NCBI GenBank assembly: GCA_963782445.1
Contig: CAWAJM010000001.1
Span: 1,675,154 to 1,739,153 of the forward strand
Length of the DNA stretch: 64,000 nt
Origin: an uncultured Gammaproteobacteria bacterium
GTDB taxonomy: Bacteria > Pseudomonadota > Gammaproteobacteria > Steroidobacterales > Rariloculaceae
Direction of reading: 5' to 3'
Each line of letters begins with the position of its first letter. Positions within the stretch are counted from its first letter, which is position 1. Position numbers and translations under genes: made by a program. A model generated the notes under the pieces. That model was not told where the DNA came from, made no database searches, and saw nothing but the letters and a program-made list of their open reading frames with translations. Shown here piece after piece: positions 1-9,582 of the stretch.

Positions 1-1415
1 ATTCGCTGGCCGCCCCCGAGATCTTCCTGACCGGCGCCATCTGCGTCGTGCTGCTCATCGACACGTTCCTGAAGCAGTCGCAGCGCCGGCTCACCTATAC
101 CTTCGCGATCCTCGCGGTCCTCGGCACGGCCGCGTGCTCGGCGATGTTCGGCGGGGGCGCGGCTCACGTCGGCTTCGCGGGCGCCTTCGTCGAAGATCCC
201 GCCGCCCAGGTGCTCAAGCTCTTCGCGTACCTGACGGTCGCGCTCGTGTTCCTGTACTCGCGCGACGCGCTCGAGCGCAACGGGCTGCTCAAGGGCGAGT
301 TCTTCGTGCTCGGGCTATTCGGGCTGCTCGGCGCCATGATCATGATCTCCGCGCACAGCCTGCTGATCATGTACCTCGGGCTCGAGCTGCAGTCGCTCTC
401 GCTGTACGCGCTCGTGGCCTTCAACCGCGATTCCGCGGATGCAGCGGAATCGGCCATGAAGTACTTCGTGCTCGGGGCCATCGCCTCCGGCATGCTGCTT
501 TACGGCATATCGATGCTCTACGGGGCGACCGGGACCATCGATCTTGCCGAGCTCACGCAGCGCCTGGCCGCGCCGAACGGCCTCACGGTGCCGGCTGCCC
601 TCGGGCTCGTTTTCGTCGTCGTCGGCGTGGCGTTCAAGTTCGGCGCCGTGCCGTTCCACATGTGGATTCCGGACGTCTACCAGGGCGCACCCACGCCGGT
701 CGCGCTCTACGTCGGTTCGGCGCCGAAGATCGCGGCGTTCGCGCTGGCCTGGCGCGTGCTCGTGGACGGCTTGGGCCCCATGCACCCGAGCTGGGGCGGC
801 ATGCTCGTCGTGCTGTCCGTGCTCTCGCTTGCGATCGGCAACCTGCTCGCGATCGCGCAAACCAACTTCAAGCGCATGCTGGGCTACTCGACGATCTCGC
901 ACGTCGGCTTCATCCTCATGGGCTTCATCGCGGGCACGCCGGACGGCATCCGGGCCTCGATGTTCTACACGCTCGTTTATGTGCTCATGGCCACCGCGGC
1001 CTTCGGCATGATCATCCTGCTTGGCCGCCAAGGCTTCGAGGCCGAGAACCTCGAGGACTTCAAGGGCCTCAACGCTCGCAGCCCGTGGTTCGCCTTCGTC
1101 ATGCTCATGGTCATGTTCAGCATGGCCGGCGTGCCGCCGTTCGTCGGCTTCTATGCCAAGATCGTCGTGCTTTCGAGCCTCGTCGGCACGGGCTACGTGT
1201 GGCTCGCGGCCGTCGGCGTCTTCTTCGCCGTCATCGGCGCGTTCTACTACCTGCGCCTCGTCTGGTACATGTACTTCGCGGACGCAACCGATTCCGAGCC
1301 TCTGCTGGCCGCCGCCGACATGCGCTTCTTCATCAGTGCCAATGGCCTCGGGCTGCTGGCGCTCGGTATCTTCCCGGGCGGGCTGCTCGACCTCTGCGCG
1401 CGCGTCCTGACGTAG
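1..1415 (+). CDS. nuoN: NADH-quinone oxidoreductase subunit N, 5'-truncated by the window edge
   Basis: Very hydrophobic ORF with NuoN motifs (LELQSL, EAAMKYF-like ESAMKYF, FKFGAVPFHMW, KRMLGYSTISH, FSMAGVPPFVGF, YYLR). The frame is open back to position 3. Confidence 0.97.
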   Translation, partial: SLAAPEIFLTGAICVVLLIDTFLKQSQRRLTYTFAILAVLGTAACSAMFGGGAAHVGFAGAFVEDPAAQVLKLFAYLTVALVFLYSRDALERNGLLKGEFFVLGLFGLLGAMIMISAHSLLIMYLGLELQSLSLYALVAFNRDSADAAESAMKYFVLGAIASGMLLYGISMLYGATGTIDLAELTQRLAAPNGLTVPAALGLVFVVVGVAFKFGAVPFHMWIPDVYQGAPTPVALYVGSAPKIAAFALAWRVLVDGLGPMHPSWGGMLVVLSVLSLAIGNLLAIAQTNFKRMLGYSTISHVGFILMGFIAGTPDGIRASMFYTLVYVLMATAAFGMIILLGRQGFEAENLEDFKGLNARSPWFAFVMLMVMFSMAGVPPFVGFYAKIVVLSSLVGTGYVWLAAVGVFFAVIGAFYYLRLVWYMYFADATDSEPLLAAADMRFFISANGLGLLALGIFPGGLLDLCARVLT

Positions 1416-1418
1416 CCC

Positions 1419-1442
1419 AAAAAGGGGTCAGCGCCCTTTTTC
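1419..1442 (+). terminator. Hairpin / REP-like terminator after nuoN
   Basis: AAAAAGGGGTCAGCGCCCTTTTT: inverted repeat with flanking A and T tracts, just after the stop codon. Confidence 0.5.
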
Positions 1443-1485
1443 GTAACTGCGCCGCGCGGCCCCTTTTGGAGAGGCCGGACGGGCC

Positions 1486-1514
1486 TTGATGACCGAGCTC
1501 GGCGCATGTATCAT
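1486..1514 (+). promoter_or_regulatory. Sigma70-type promoter for the tRNA
   Basis: TTGATG-N17-TATCAT followed by a GC-rich discriminator, 17 nt upstream of the tRNA. Confidence 0.6.
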
Positions 1515-1531
1515 GCTGCGCTCACTTCCGG

Positions 1532-1608
1532 TGCGGGGTGGAGCAGTCAGGCAGCTCGTCGGGCTCATAACCCGAAGGTCGCAGGTTCGAATCCTGCCCC
1601 CGCTACCA
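1532..1608 (+). tRNA. tRNA-fMet (CAT), initiator type; integration target (attL)
   Basis: 77-nt cloverleaf with anticodon arm TCGGG-CTCATAA-CCCGA (three G-C pairs), a 1:72 mismatch, T-arm GCAGG-TTCGAAT-CCTGC and encoded CCA. Confidence 0.96.
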
Positions 1609-3208
1609 TTGCTCGCCACTCCTTTACGCCGCTGACCCGGTCTTTGCGCTCGCTCACCAGAGCGAGAATGCCGGCGAGGTGGCCGTAAAGGTTGGCGGTC
1701 AATGCCTTGCCGGCTGCGCCCGGGACGATCTCAATCCGCTCGATCGCCCCGCGCAGCAGCTCTGCCGCCTCGCCATTCCGCCCTTCACCGGCCAGCGTCT
1801 CGCGTAACGCCGCGATTTGCGCCCTGTAGAGCTTTGCCAGGCCGGGGTGCAGCCGCAGGGGTTCTTCCTTTGCGTTCGCCAGCGCGCTTTCCAGTTCGCC
1901 CTTGCGCCGTTCGAGCTGCGCCATCTTGTCGCGCACGGCCTCGGCCGGCACCCCGTCGAGGATGGCCTGGACGAGCCGGTCTCGCTCTCGGATGACCTTG
2001 GCGAGTTCCGCCTTCTTGCCGTCGATGGCCGCGCCCTGTTCCTTACACAGCCGGTTGAAGGCGCGCGTGTACTCTTCGCAGAACGCCTCCGTCAGGCGCG
2101 GGTCCATCAGCCGGTGCTGGAGCCCGTCGAGAATGGCCGCTTCCAGATCCGTCCGGACCACGGTGCGGCGGTTATCACAGGTGCCCTTGTATTTTGCGTT
2201 CGAGCAGCCCAGGCGCGTCCTGTTCAGGATGATGTAGTTGCCGCCGCAGGACGCGCACTTCACAAGCCCGGAGAGCAGCGCGGAGCGCTGCCGACGGTCG
2301 ATATGACCCTTGTTCCGTTCCCCGAATTTCGCCTCGGTGGCGGCCTGCCGTGCCTTCGCTTTCTGCCACAACTCGTCGTCGACGATCCGGAGGGCAGGGA
2401 CTTCCTTGACGATCCAGGCCGACTTCGGATTCGGCCGGGAGATGCGTTTGCCGGTATCCGGGTCCTTGATGAAGCGCAGCCTGTTCCATACGAGCCGTCC
2501 GACATAGAGTTCGTTATTCAGGATGCCGGTCTGGCGTTTCTGATGCCCGTGGATCGCGCTCGGCCCCCATGTCCTGCCCGAGGGAGCGGGGATGCCATCC
2601 TCGTTCAGACCGGCGGCGATCAGGGCGGTGGATTTTCCCGAGGCGTATTCCTCGAAGATGCGGCGGATGATCCCGGCCTCCGCCGGCGCGATCTCACGTT
2701 CGCCCCGTGCGGGCTCCCCATCGGCGCCGATGCGGCGCACGACTTTGTAACCGTAGGATATGCCGCCGCCTGATCTTCCGGCCTCGACGCGCCCGCGCAG
2801 TCCCCGTCGCGTTTTGTCGGCAAGGTCTTTCAGGAAGAGCGCGTTCATCGTGCCCTTGAGGCCGACATGCAGTTCGTTCACTTCGCCCTCGGCGAGCGTG
2901 ACGATGCGAACGCCTGCGAAAAGCAGCCGCTTGTAGATCGCCGCGATGTCTTCCTGGTCGCGCGAGAGGCGGTCGAGCGCCTCGGCAAGGACGATGCTGA
3001 ATTTTCCGGCCTGTGCATCGGCGAGGAGCGATTGGATACCAGGGCGTAGCAGGAGCGAGGCGCCGGATATGCCGTGGTCGCTGTAAGACTTCAGGACGCT
3101 CCATCCTTGGCTTGCGGCGCGCTCGCTGCAAAGCCTGATCTGATCCTCGATCGAAGCGTCACGCTGATTGTCCGAAGAATAGCGTGCGTAGATGCAAGCG
3201 ACGGTCAT
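1565..3208 (-). CDS. Large serine recombinase (integrase)
   Basis: N-terminal resolvase catalytic motifs YARYSS and DRLSR, a recombinase domain, a Zn-ribbon (LSGLVKCASCGG...C...C) and a coiled coil. The 3' end overlaps the tRNA on the antisense strand. Confidence 0.95.
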   Translation of the reverse strand: MTVACIYARYSSDNQRDASIEDQIRLCSERAASQGWSVLKSYSDHGISGASLLLRPGIQSLLADAQAGKFSIVLAEALDRLSRDQEDIAAIYKRLLFAGVRIVTLAEGEVNELHVGLKGTMNALFLKDLADKTRRGLRGRVEAGRSGGGISYGYKVVRRIGADGEPARGEREIAPAEAGIIRRIFEEYASGKSTALIAAGLNEDGIPAPSGRTWGPSAIHGHQKRQTGILNNELYVGRLVWNRLRFIKDPDTGKRISRPNPKSAWIVKEVPALRIVDDELWQKAKARQAATEAKFGERNKGHIDRRQRSALLSGLVKCASCGGNYIILNRTRLGCSNAKYKGTCDNRRTVVRTDLEAAILDGLQHRLMDPRLTEAFCEEYTRAFNRLCKEQGAAIDGKKAELAKVIRERDRLVQAILDGVPAEAVRDKMAQLERRKGELESALANAKEEPLRLHPGLAKLYRAQIAALRETLAGEGRNGEAAELLRGAIERIEIVPGAAGKALTANLYGHLAGILALVSERKDRVSGVKEWRAMVAGAGFEPATFGL

Positions 3209-3369
3209 TGCGTTTCTCCCGCGTTGTTCCTTGAAGCCTCATTGGCCTTGCGCCGGGAGTCGCGAATATGACTCTGTGCGAGATCGCGTGCAAGCGCGCG
3301 CACGAACGCAACCAACATCGCATCGATGTCGGTCTGCGCTTGTTCGCGTTTCTTCGCTTGGCTCTTCAT
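3205..3369 (-). CDS. Small protein translationally coupled to the serine integrase (possible directionality factor)
   Basis: 54-aa ORF (MKSQAKK...) whose stop overlaps the integrase ATG (ATGA). Function is inferred from position only. Confidence 0.5.
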   Translation of the reverse strand: MKSQAKKREQAQTDIDAMLVAFVRALARDLAQSHIRDSRRKANEASRNNAGETQ

Positions 3370-3487
3370 GGCGATGAGCATAGGAACGGGCCGGCCGGCC
3401 GAACCTCGCGTCATCCTCGCGCGGCCCGCAACGCCGGGAGAGAAAACCGGCCTCCTGCAAAGGAGGCCGGCTTGCGGTAACGCCGGG

Positions 3488-3685
3488 CTAGAAGCCGGGC
3501 GGCTTGGGCCGCGCAGCGCGGTGCGCGATTTCGCGGCGGATATTCTCAAGGCTCGCATGTGCCGCACCGGATTCCGGCGAACCGGGTTCATGCAGGTAGA
3601 GCTGGATGCTCACTTTGTTGAAAAGAGCGCAGAGTTCTTTTTCGTCTATGCGTGTCAGTTCGGATGGGGTAACGATCCTGTCCAT
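3488..3685 (-). CDS. Small hypothetical protein
   Basis: 65-aa ORF (MDRIVTPSEL...) with a strong AGGAG RBS and a hairpin-rich leader. Confidence 0.65.
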   Translation of the reverse strand: MDRIVTPSELTRIDEKELCALFNKVSIQLYLHEPGSPESGAAHASLENIRREIAHRAARPKPPGF

Positions 3686-3998
3686 CGATGTTCTCCTGTT
3701 TTGTTTCAGGAGGCCCCGACCATCAGGGCCTTTCGGCCCCGACCCATCATCATCAGCAGGCAAAGGCCCCTGATGGACGGGCGGCGATGAAACCGGACAG
3801 GAGAGCGTCGTTTGGAGGCGAAGGATCGTTTCCCCGAACCGACGCAACACAAGTATTACGGGAAATAACGCGCTGGCGTTTTCGGCAAGGCGAGTCCGCT
3901 GTGACCCGCAGAAACATGCAAGTTTGCGAATATACGTTAAGAAAGTATTAACGCCCTCCGGCGTACCATGAAGGTATGGGTACAACCATTAGTTGGTT

Positions 3999-4226
3999 AT
4001 GGAAATGGAAATAAGGGTAAAGGGCGAGATGACGATCGCGGAGATCAAGCAGGCCATATTCGAAAAGCTGTCAGAAGTCGAACTTGAACATGCCGTGCGC
4101 TATTCGCGCGGCGCAACGCTATTCATCAATCCGACAAACGGCTTCGGCGATGACGTTCACCCGGAAGTGAAGAAGCTCTATAGCCGCGGGCCGTACAAGG
4201 CGGCGGCGGATGATTACCAGCTCTAA
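3999..4226 (+). CDS. Small hypothetical protein of the tyrosine-integrase module
   Basis: Co-directional ORF immediately upstream of the excisionase-like gene. Confidence 0.6.
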   Translation: MEMEIRVKGEMTIAEIKQAIFEKLSEVELEHAVRYSRGATLFINPTNGFGDDVHPEVKKLYSRGPYKAAADDYQL

Positions 4227-4246
4227 GAGACTGAAAGGGACAGGCC

Positions 4247-4483
4247 ATGCAGCAACCCCCTTGCTATATCGGACTGGAACAGGCACGCGGTGTCCTTGCC
4301 GATATGGGCGTTGAACTCAATGCCCGGCAGATAAAACGCGCAGCAGACAAGGACGCCGCAGGCAAGCGCAAACTGCCCTTCTTCGTTGATCCGATTGACG
4401 GCAAGCTCAAGATCGAAAAGGGCACGCTGGTGCGGATTTATCGCGAATTGCAGATCGAAGCAGAAAGCGATGCAAAAGAGTAG
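4247..4483 (+). CDS. Excisionase-like / MerR-type wHTH protein
   Basis: 78 aa with a helix-turn-helix-wing pattern (YIGLEQARGVL...LPFFVDPIDGKLKI), an RBS, and a position just before the integrase. Confidence 0.6.
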   Translation: MQQPPCYIGLEQARGVLADMGVELNARQIKRAADKDAAGKRKLPFFVDPIDGKLKIEKGTLVRIYRELQIEAESDAKE

Positions 4484-4539
4484 GGATGCCGCACTTTGTT
4501 CTTGATTCGTACCGCGCAACCGTTTAGTCATGAGGGAGG

Positions 4540-5752
4540 ATGTCAGATATCAGGAAGAGGGTAGGCAAGAACGGCCCGACTTACCAAGTACGCTACCCGA
4601 GCAAAGCAGCCAAGACAGGCTACGCATACAAGACCTTCAGGACCCGCAAGGAAGCTCTCGCTTTCCTTGAGAGCGGAAACGCGCGCACCCAGGGGCGATC
4701 ACACCATACTGAGATCAGAACGGTTAGACAGGCCACAGATATGTGGCTGGATATCTGTGAAAAGGAAGGGCTGAATGGGCGCGAACCGGTTACGCCCTAT
4801 ACCTACAAGAACTACAAATACCGTGCCGCCTTTATCACGGACTATAACTGGACAAAGGGAATCCACGAACTCACCGCTCCAGACGTTGTTGCGTACCGCT
4901 CGTGGCTACTGCAACGCGGTATCAGTCGCGATCTCGCGAGCAAGGTTCTATCGTCGTTCCAATCCATGATGAAGGAAATGACGATACGTGGCGTACTTCA
5001 GCACAACGTCGCCTCCGGAATTTGTATTCGTTCAGATGCGCGCTACCAGGAACCCGTCGTCATCCCAAGCAAGCAAGAACGTCATCGCCCTTCTTCGCGC
5101 TGCTGACAGGCTGGCCAAGGCCGAAAACAACACCATCGCAAAGGCATGGCGCCGCTACCGGCCTATGCTCTACCTCGCTGCGGACTCCGGTATGCGTCCG
5201 CAGGAGTATCTTGCAATTGCAAGATCGGCCATCACGGACAAGGGCGTGTATGTAGATCGCGCCATCGACGGCAACGGGCAGTCAATCTCGGTCACAAAGA
5301 CGCCTGCGGGTCGCAGGTTCATAGAACTTAGCCCCGAAACGGTAGCCATGCTCCGCGAGTACATCGAAAAACATTCGCCCAAGAACAAGCACGATCTTGT
5401 ATTTCCAGCTTCGAATGGCGCGCTGCAGTCAAGGCGCAATTGGCAGCGCCGAGGCTTCAACGTGGCGTGCGTGGAAGCTAAACTCGTGAATGTAATCGAG
5501 AAGGACGGCGAGCCCATCGAGCAGCCGAAGTATCGGCCTTACGATCTTCGCCACTTCTTCGCGTCGGTACTGATTGAGAAGAAGACCAACCTCAAGAAGA
5601 TACAGACTCTGATGGGGCACTCGAATATCGAGACGACGCTCAATGTCTACGGCCATTTGCTTGACGATGAAGAGCCGGACGAGGCTCCGGCAGGCATGCT
5701 AAACGGCATGCTGCGGATTTCTTGTGGCGAATCTGTGGCGCAATCATGCTAA
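4540..5752 (+). pseudogene. Tyrosine integrase split by a +1 frameshift near 5066-5080
   Basis: ORF 4540-5106 encodes the arm-binding and SAM-like domains. ORF 4988-5752 encodes the catalytic domain (SGMRPQE, YDLRHFF, MGHS, VYGH). The frames switch at a CAAG x3 run. Confidence 0.85.
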
Positions 5753-5974
5753 AGGCCGCAGAAATCAGCCATTTGTTTTGCATGGGGTGCAAGGGGTCGG
5801 AGGTTCGAATCCTCTCGTCCCGACCATAATTAAAACAATCGGTTAGCTGAAAGTTACGGAAAGAAACGGCGCGAATCGGCGGCATTTGCCACAAAATCAC
5901 GACCCGCTGTAACCCGCACGAATCCGCCATTCTCTGAATCGGGCCGTTTCAGCTTGTGGCAAGGTTGTGGCAAG
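5723..5974 (+). mobile_element. Putative intact attP for tRNA-Pro(GGG): core plus arm-type repeats
   Basis: 5778-5826 is the 3' part of tRNA-Pro (TTGCATGGGGTGCAAG...GGTTCGAATCC...CGACCA). TGTGGC(G/A) repeats lie at 5723, 5734, 5885 (inverted), 5955 and 5966. An IHF-like AATCAG-N4-TTG is at 5763-5775. Confidence 0.8.
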
Positions 5975-6073
5975 AGCCAGCAGCCCGAATTAGGTTTCGG
6001 GAAGCGCCGGGCTCTCGTGAACCGAACCCGTCCATGCTCCAGCCATTCAGTGTTTGTTCTTAGCGGACAACAA

Positions 6074-7225
6074 TTAATAAGCATCTGCGGAGTAGCGAAG
6101 TCGGAGCTGGCCGCACAGATCGCGTCCGAAGCCAGACTTCTCTTCCCCAAAGATCCTCATCAGTTTGTGCAGCGCGTTTTCGCCTCGTGACTGCATGACG
6201 AGATCGGTCAGCGCGGACCGGATGCCGAAACGGTTTGTCGCGGAATTGAGCTGCCGAACTGGAAAGGTGACGCTGAAAAAGCCGACAGACAGAGAAACGC
6301 TCGTGGAATCCTCATCCTCGGCGCCGTAATTTGCTTCGACGCTCTTCGCGATGGACTGGAGCAGCTTGTCGTTGGATAGGAGCTTCTTTTCATCTTCGGT
6401 TTCGAGCGCATGCTGGTAGGTGGATAGCCACTCCCTCAGTCTTGCGTATTTATCACGAAGTGCGATGGCGGAGAGCAGCAGCTCGTCTGCACTGGTTGCC
6501 TGTTCGATGACCTGCACCGCGATCGGCGGAAGATTGAAGGACGCAAGTGCCCCATCTATTTCCGAGTGGCGAAATCTGAACATCTGTGTACGGGCAGCAG
6601 ATACCACTTTTTCCGTTCTCGCCCAGGCATCCCGGCGTGCCGCGAGGAACCCGGATTCCCTGATCAATGTGCGGCGAAAGGGGTGGCCGAAATACGGGGC
6701 CGAGAGAATGTGGCTTCGAGCCAGCATGCCGGCGCCGCCCCAAAGCACGGCCGACATATGAGGGTCGGCCGCCGCTCCGGTAAGCTTCCAGGATCTCCTG
6801 TTTTCGTCCGCGGTCTCCTTCAGAGATGGCGTGACCGCCATCCTATCGACGATCTCCTCCCGCACGGCCACGAGCGTTTCGGCGTTCGGGTCGAACAAAA
6901 CGGGCTTCACAAGGGAATCGCCGGTTAGTCGGGAAAGCTGCGGATGCTCCTGGTCCCATGTGGCCATGAATCCCTGATCCACGATCAATTCATCGTAGAT
7001 CACCAGATTGGTAAGAAGAGCCAGCAGGCAGTCAAGCTGTATGACCGCGTGCGGGACATCCGTGAATGTGTGGGATTGCTTGTCTTTCGATATTACGATC
7101 TGGCCGACGGGCTCGGGCGACAGCCCGGAAACGAGAAGCTCGTTTACGTCCTGAAGCGTCCAGTTGTCGGTTATCAGATCAAGTTTCACGGTCTTTTGTA
7201 TCTCCGTTTCAGGGACGTTGTTCAT
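6074..7225 (-). CDS. Hypothetical protein (~383 aa)
   Basis: Long ORF co-directional with the upstream Fic gene; no motif recognised. Confidence 0.7.
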   Translation of the reverse strand: MNNVPETEIQKTVKLDLITDNWTLQDVNELLVSGLSPEPVGQIVISKDKQSHTFTDVPHAVIQLDCLLALLTNLVIYDELIVDQGFMATWDQEHPQLSRLTGDSLVKPVLFDPNAETLVAVREEIVDRMAVTPSLKETADENRRSWKLTGAAADPHMSAVLWGGAGMLARSHILSAPYFGHPFRRTLIRESGFLAARRDAWARTEKVVSAARTQMFRFRHSEIDGALASFNLPPIAVQVIEQATSADELLLSAIALRDKYARLREWLSTYQHALETEDEKKLLSNDKLLQSIAKSVEANYGAEDEDSTSVSLSVGFFSVTFPVRQLNSATNRFGIRSALTDLVMQSRGENALHKLMRIFGEEKSGFGRDLCGQLRLRYSADAY

Positions 7226-7270
7226 TGCCTGAATCAGACCCGCAGGATGGCCTTGCATTCGCGGTGCAGT

Positions 7271-8656
7271 TCACCGGTTCCAGACTTCTCGCCAGGCCGC
7301 GAACTCCGATGGCCTGATCTGGTAGCGTGCAAAGTTTCCTTCGTGCAGGCTCAGAAGTTCGCTCTCGGTCGTTTCCCGAAACCGTTCGTGCTCGCGTGCA
7401 TCGATATGCGCCTGCGTCCAGCTTTTCACATGAGCGGTCGCCTGCTTTTTGTCCATACGTTCGCGAACGATGTCGCCGATGACTTCCCGCAGCGCCGCGC
7501 GGTGCCGCAGGCGGAAAGGATCAGGATCGCCGAGGGACTGCCGGACGGCGGCATAGCGCGCGGCCGAGCGCCCGTACGCCCAGATAAAAACGTCCCTGAG
7601 CAATTCGGTTCTGTTGAGTTCATAAACCCCGAGCACGGCATCCGTGTAAACATCGCGCGGAACGCCCTCGAATGAGAGCGGCGAGAGATTGCCCTTGATG
7701 AGCGGGATGTTCGCGGCAAGGCGCGACACGCGCTTGTTCACGTCGTCGAAGGGCTGCAAATAGGGCAGTTGCACCATCACAAAAAGTGCCTGTTCGAACG
7801 GATCGACAATGGCGGCGGCGGTTGCCAGGATTTGATCGAAGCACTCCTCGATGAGCTGCGGCACTTCCAGCGGATGAAAAACCGACCGTTCTATGCCGAC
7901 CCCGATACGCCGGAGCCTTCCCGGCGCGTCGGGATCGCCGAGCAGGTTGTTAGCGAGAAGCGCATGAAGATTGAGGATCGTGTAGCGGTTGAAGCCGATC
8001 TCGTCCGCCGCGCCGACCAGGAATTCGAGCGCGTCCTTGTGATTCAGGATCATCTGCGCTTCGAGACGTTCCTTGCCCTCGGCCTCTTCGCCCAGATCGA
8101 TGAGGCGCTTCGTGTCGAGGAGCGAATAGGTGTTACCCTCAAGGCGGCTTGAGTTCCATGAGAGATCGATCAGCAGTCTGTTCAGAATTTGCTTCGCGTA
8201 CGTGCCCGCGGGCACCACTGCGGTCTTCGGCGTGCCGACCTCGCGCAGATGCGCGCGCTCTTCGGCAGACAGATAGAAGGTCTCGTTCGGGCGGTAGGAG
8301 TCGAGGAAGCCGCGGTCATAGCCGACCGGCTTGCGCGCTTCCGGCGGCTTGCGAACATCAGCCTGAATCGCAAGACCAGTCTTCGAGAGTGGCAGGGGGA
8401 CCTCGCGCTCGGCCTCTGCCGGCGCCGGTCCTTCGGCCGCCGCGATTTGAGGCAGCCGGTAGCGCGCCCAACGGCCTTCGCCCTCCATCAGTAGACGGTT
8501 GTTATCGACGAGGGATTTGAGGCGGTATTGAAGGGTGCGGCGCGGGACGGCGGCCGGAAGCGCCTCGGCGATGTCCTGTGCCGTCACGCCTTGAGGATGA
8601 CGGCGTATGACCGCCTCTAGGTCTTGCAAATACTCTTCCCGAATACGCCGCGCCAA
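7271..8656 (-). CDS. Fic-domain protein with N-terminal wHTH
   Basis: SSRLEGN, a Fic-like motif YLQPFDDVNKRVSR, and an N-terminal HTH (RRTLQYRLKSLV...GRWARY). Confidence 0.9.
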   Translation of the reverse strand: MARRIREEYLQDLEAVIRRHPQGVTAQDIAEALPAAVPRRTLQYRLKSLVDNNRLLMEGEGRWARYRLPQIAAAEGPAPAEAEREVPLPLSKTGLAIQADVRKPPEARKPVGYDRGFLDSYRPNETFYLSAEERAHLREVGTPKTAVVPAGTYAKQILNRLLIDLSWNSSRLEGNTYSLLDTKRLIDLGEEAEGKERLEAQMILNHKDALEFLVGAADEIGFNRYTILNLHALLANNLLGDPDAPGRLRRIGVGIERSVFHPLEVPQLIEECFDQILATAAAIVDPFEQALFVMVQLPYLQPFDDVNKRVSRLAANIPLIKGNLSPLSFEGVPRDVYTDAVLGVYELNRTELLRDVFIWAYGRSAARYAAVRQSLGDPDPFRLRHRAALREVIGDIVRERMDKKQATAHVKSWTQAHIDAREHERFRETTESELLSLHEGNFARYQIRPSEFAAWREVWNR

Positions 8657-8685
8657 TGTCGCCTCCTATATTGCGCATAGATCTT

Positions 8686-8735
8686 CTACGCGCAACTAAA
8701 GCACGTCTACGCGCAACTTAAAAGCCTACGCGCAA
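8686..8735. repeat. Three direct repeats CTACGCGCAA upstream of the HTH-Fic gene (putative operator)
   Basis: Copies at 8686, 8707 and 8726, with inverted TTGCGC half-sites nearby. Confidence 0.65.
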
Positions 8736-8970
8736 GATATTATTGCGCCTAGACCCATATGTTGCGCTGTCAGCGCCTTCACGCAACATTGCGACCAGCG
8801 GAAGAACTATCGCGATTGTGTCCGATACCGCTTGCTCAAAGTGCCTTTGAGCGGCTGTTTCCGCGGGTGATTTCGGACGAAGTCGGGTTATCTGATATCC
8901 AGAGTGCATCATACCGCCTGATGCACAATTGTTATTGACAACCCCACAGTGCTCGTCTACATTCTGCGTC

Positions 8971-9558
8971 ATGCGCGATGACGTAGATAATTCGATTCTG
9001 GGCGACGTGGCCGACATCCGGCCCGGCTACCCGTTCCGCGGCGCGATCGAGGAAATCCCCGGCGGCGAGGCGGCCGTCGTCCAGATCAAGAACGTTGACG
9101 CCGCCCGCGGTATCGACTGGGCCGCCCTGGTGCGTACCCGGCTTGCCGGCCGCCGCGCGCCCGACTGGCTGCGGCAGGGGGACATCGTTTTCACCGCCCG
9201 CGGCAACCGTAACGCAGCCGCCGCCGTTGAGGATGTGCCGGTGAAGGCCGTCTCGGCGCCACATCTTTTCGTTATCAGGGTGCGCACACCCGAGCGTGCC
9301 CTACCCGAATTCATCGCGTGGCTGATGAACCAGCCCGACGCGCAGCGCTACTTCGCGCAATCAGCCACGGGCAGCTACATCACCAGCATTCGCAAGCAGG
9401 TGCTTGCGCAGTTGCCCTTGAAGTTGCCGAGCCTTGAAAAGCAGCAACTCATTGTCCGCCTCGACAGGGCTGCCCGCCGAGAGCGGCAGCTACTCGAAGC
9501 ACTTATCGAAAACCGGCAACAGCAATTAAATCTGGTCGCCCAGGGCCTGATGGATTAG
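8971..9558 (+). CDS. Short HsdS-like protein (single target-recognition module)
   Basis: LGDVADIRPGY, LRQGDIVF and LPSLEKQQLIV HsdS-type motifs; sits just before hsdM. Confidence 0.75.
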   Translation: MRDDVDNSILGDVADIRPGYPFRGAIEEIPGGEAAVVQIKNVDAARGIDWAALVRTRLAGRRAPDWLRQGDIVFTARGNRNAAAAVEDVPVKAVSAPHLFVIRVRTPERALPEFIAWLMNQPDAQRYFAQSATGSYITSIRKQVLAQLPLKLPSLEKQQLIVRLDRAARRERQLLEALIENRQQQLNLVAQGLMD

Positions 9559-9582
9559 GTTCAAACGGAAAGGAACAAAGAC

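Noticed and set aside
134-1489. Long alternative-frame and antisense ORFs (134-1489, 1817-2773, 38329-39552, 39536-40600 and similar)
   Set aside because: They are Arg/Ala/Pro-rich shadows of real genes in high-GC DNA, with no motifs or RBS.
5778-5826. Functional tRNA-Pro gene
   Set aside because: Only the anticodon arm to CCA is present. The 5' acceptor strand and D-arm are missing, so it is treated as an att core.
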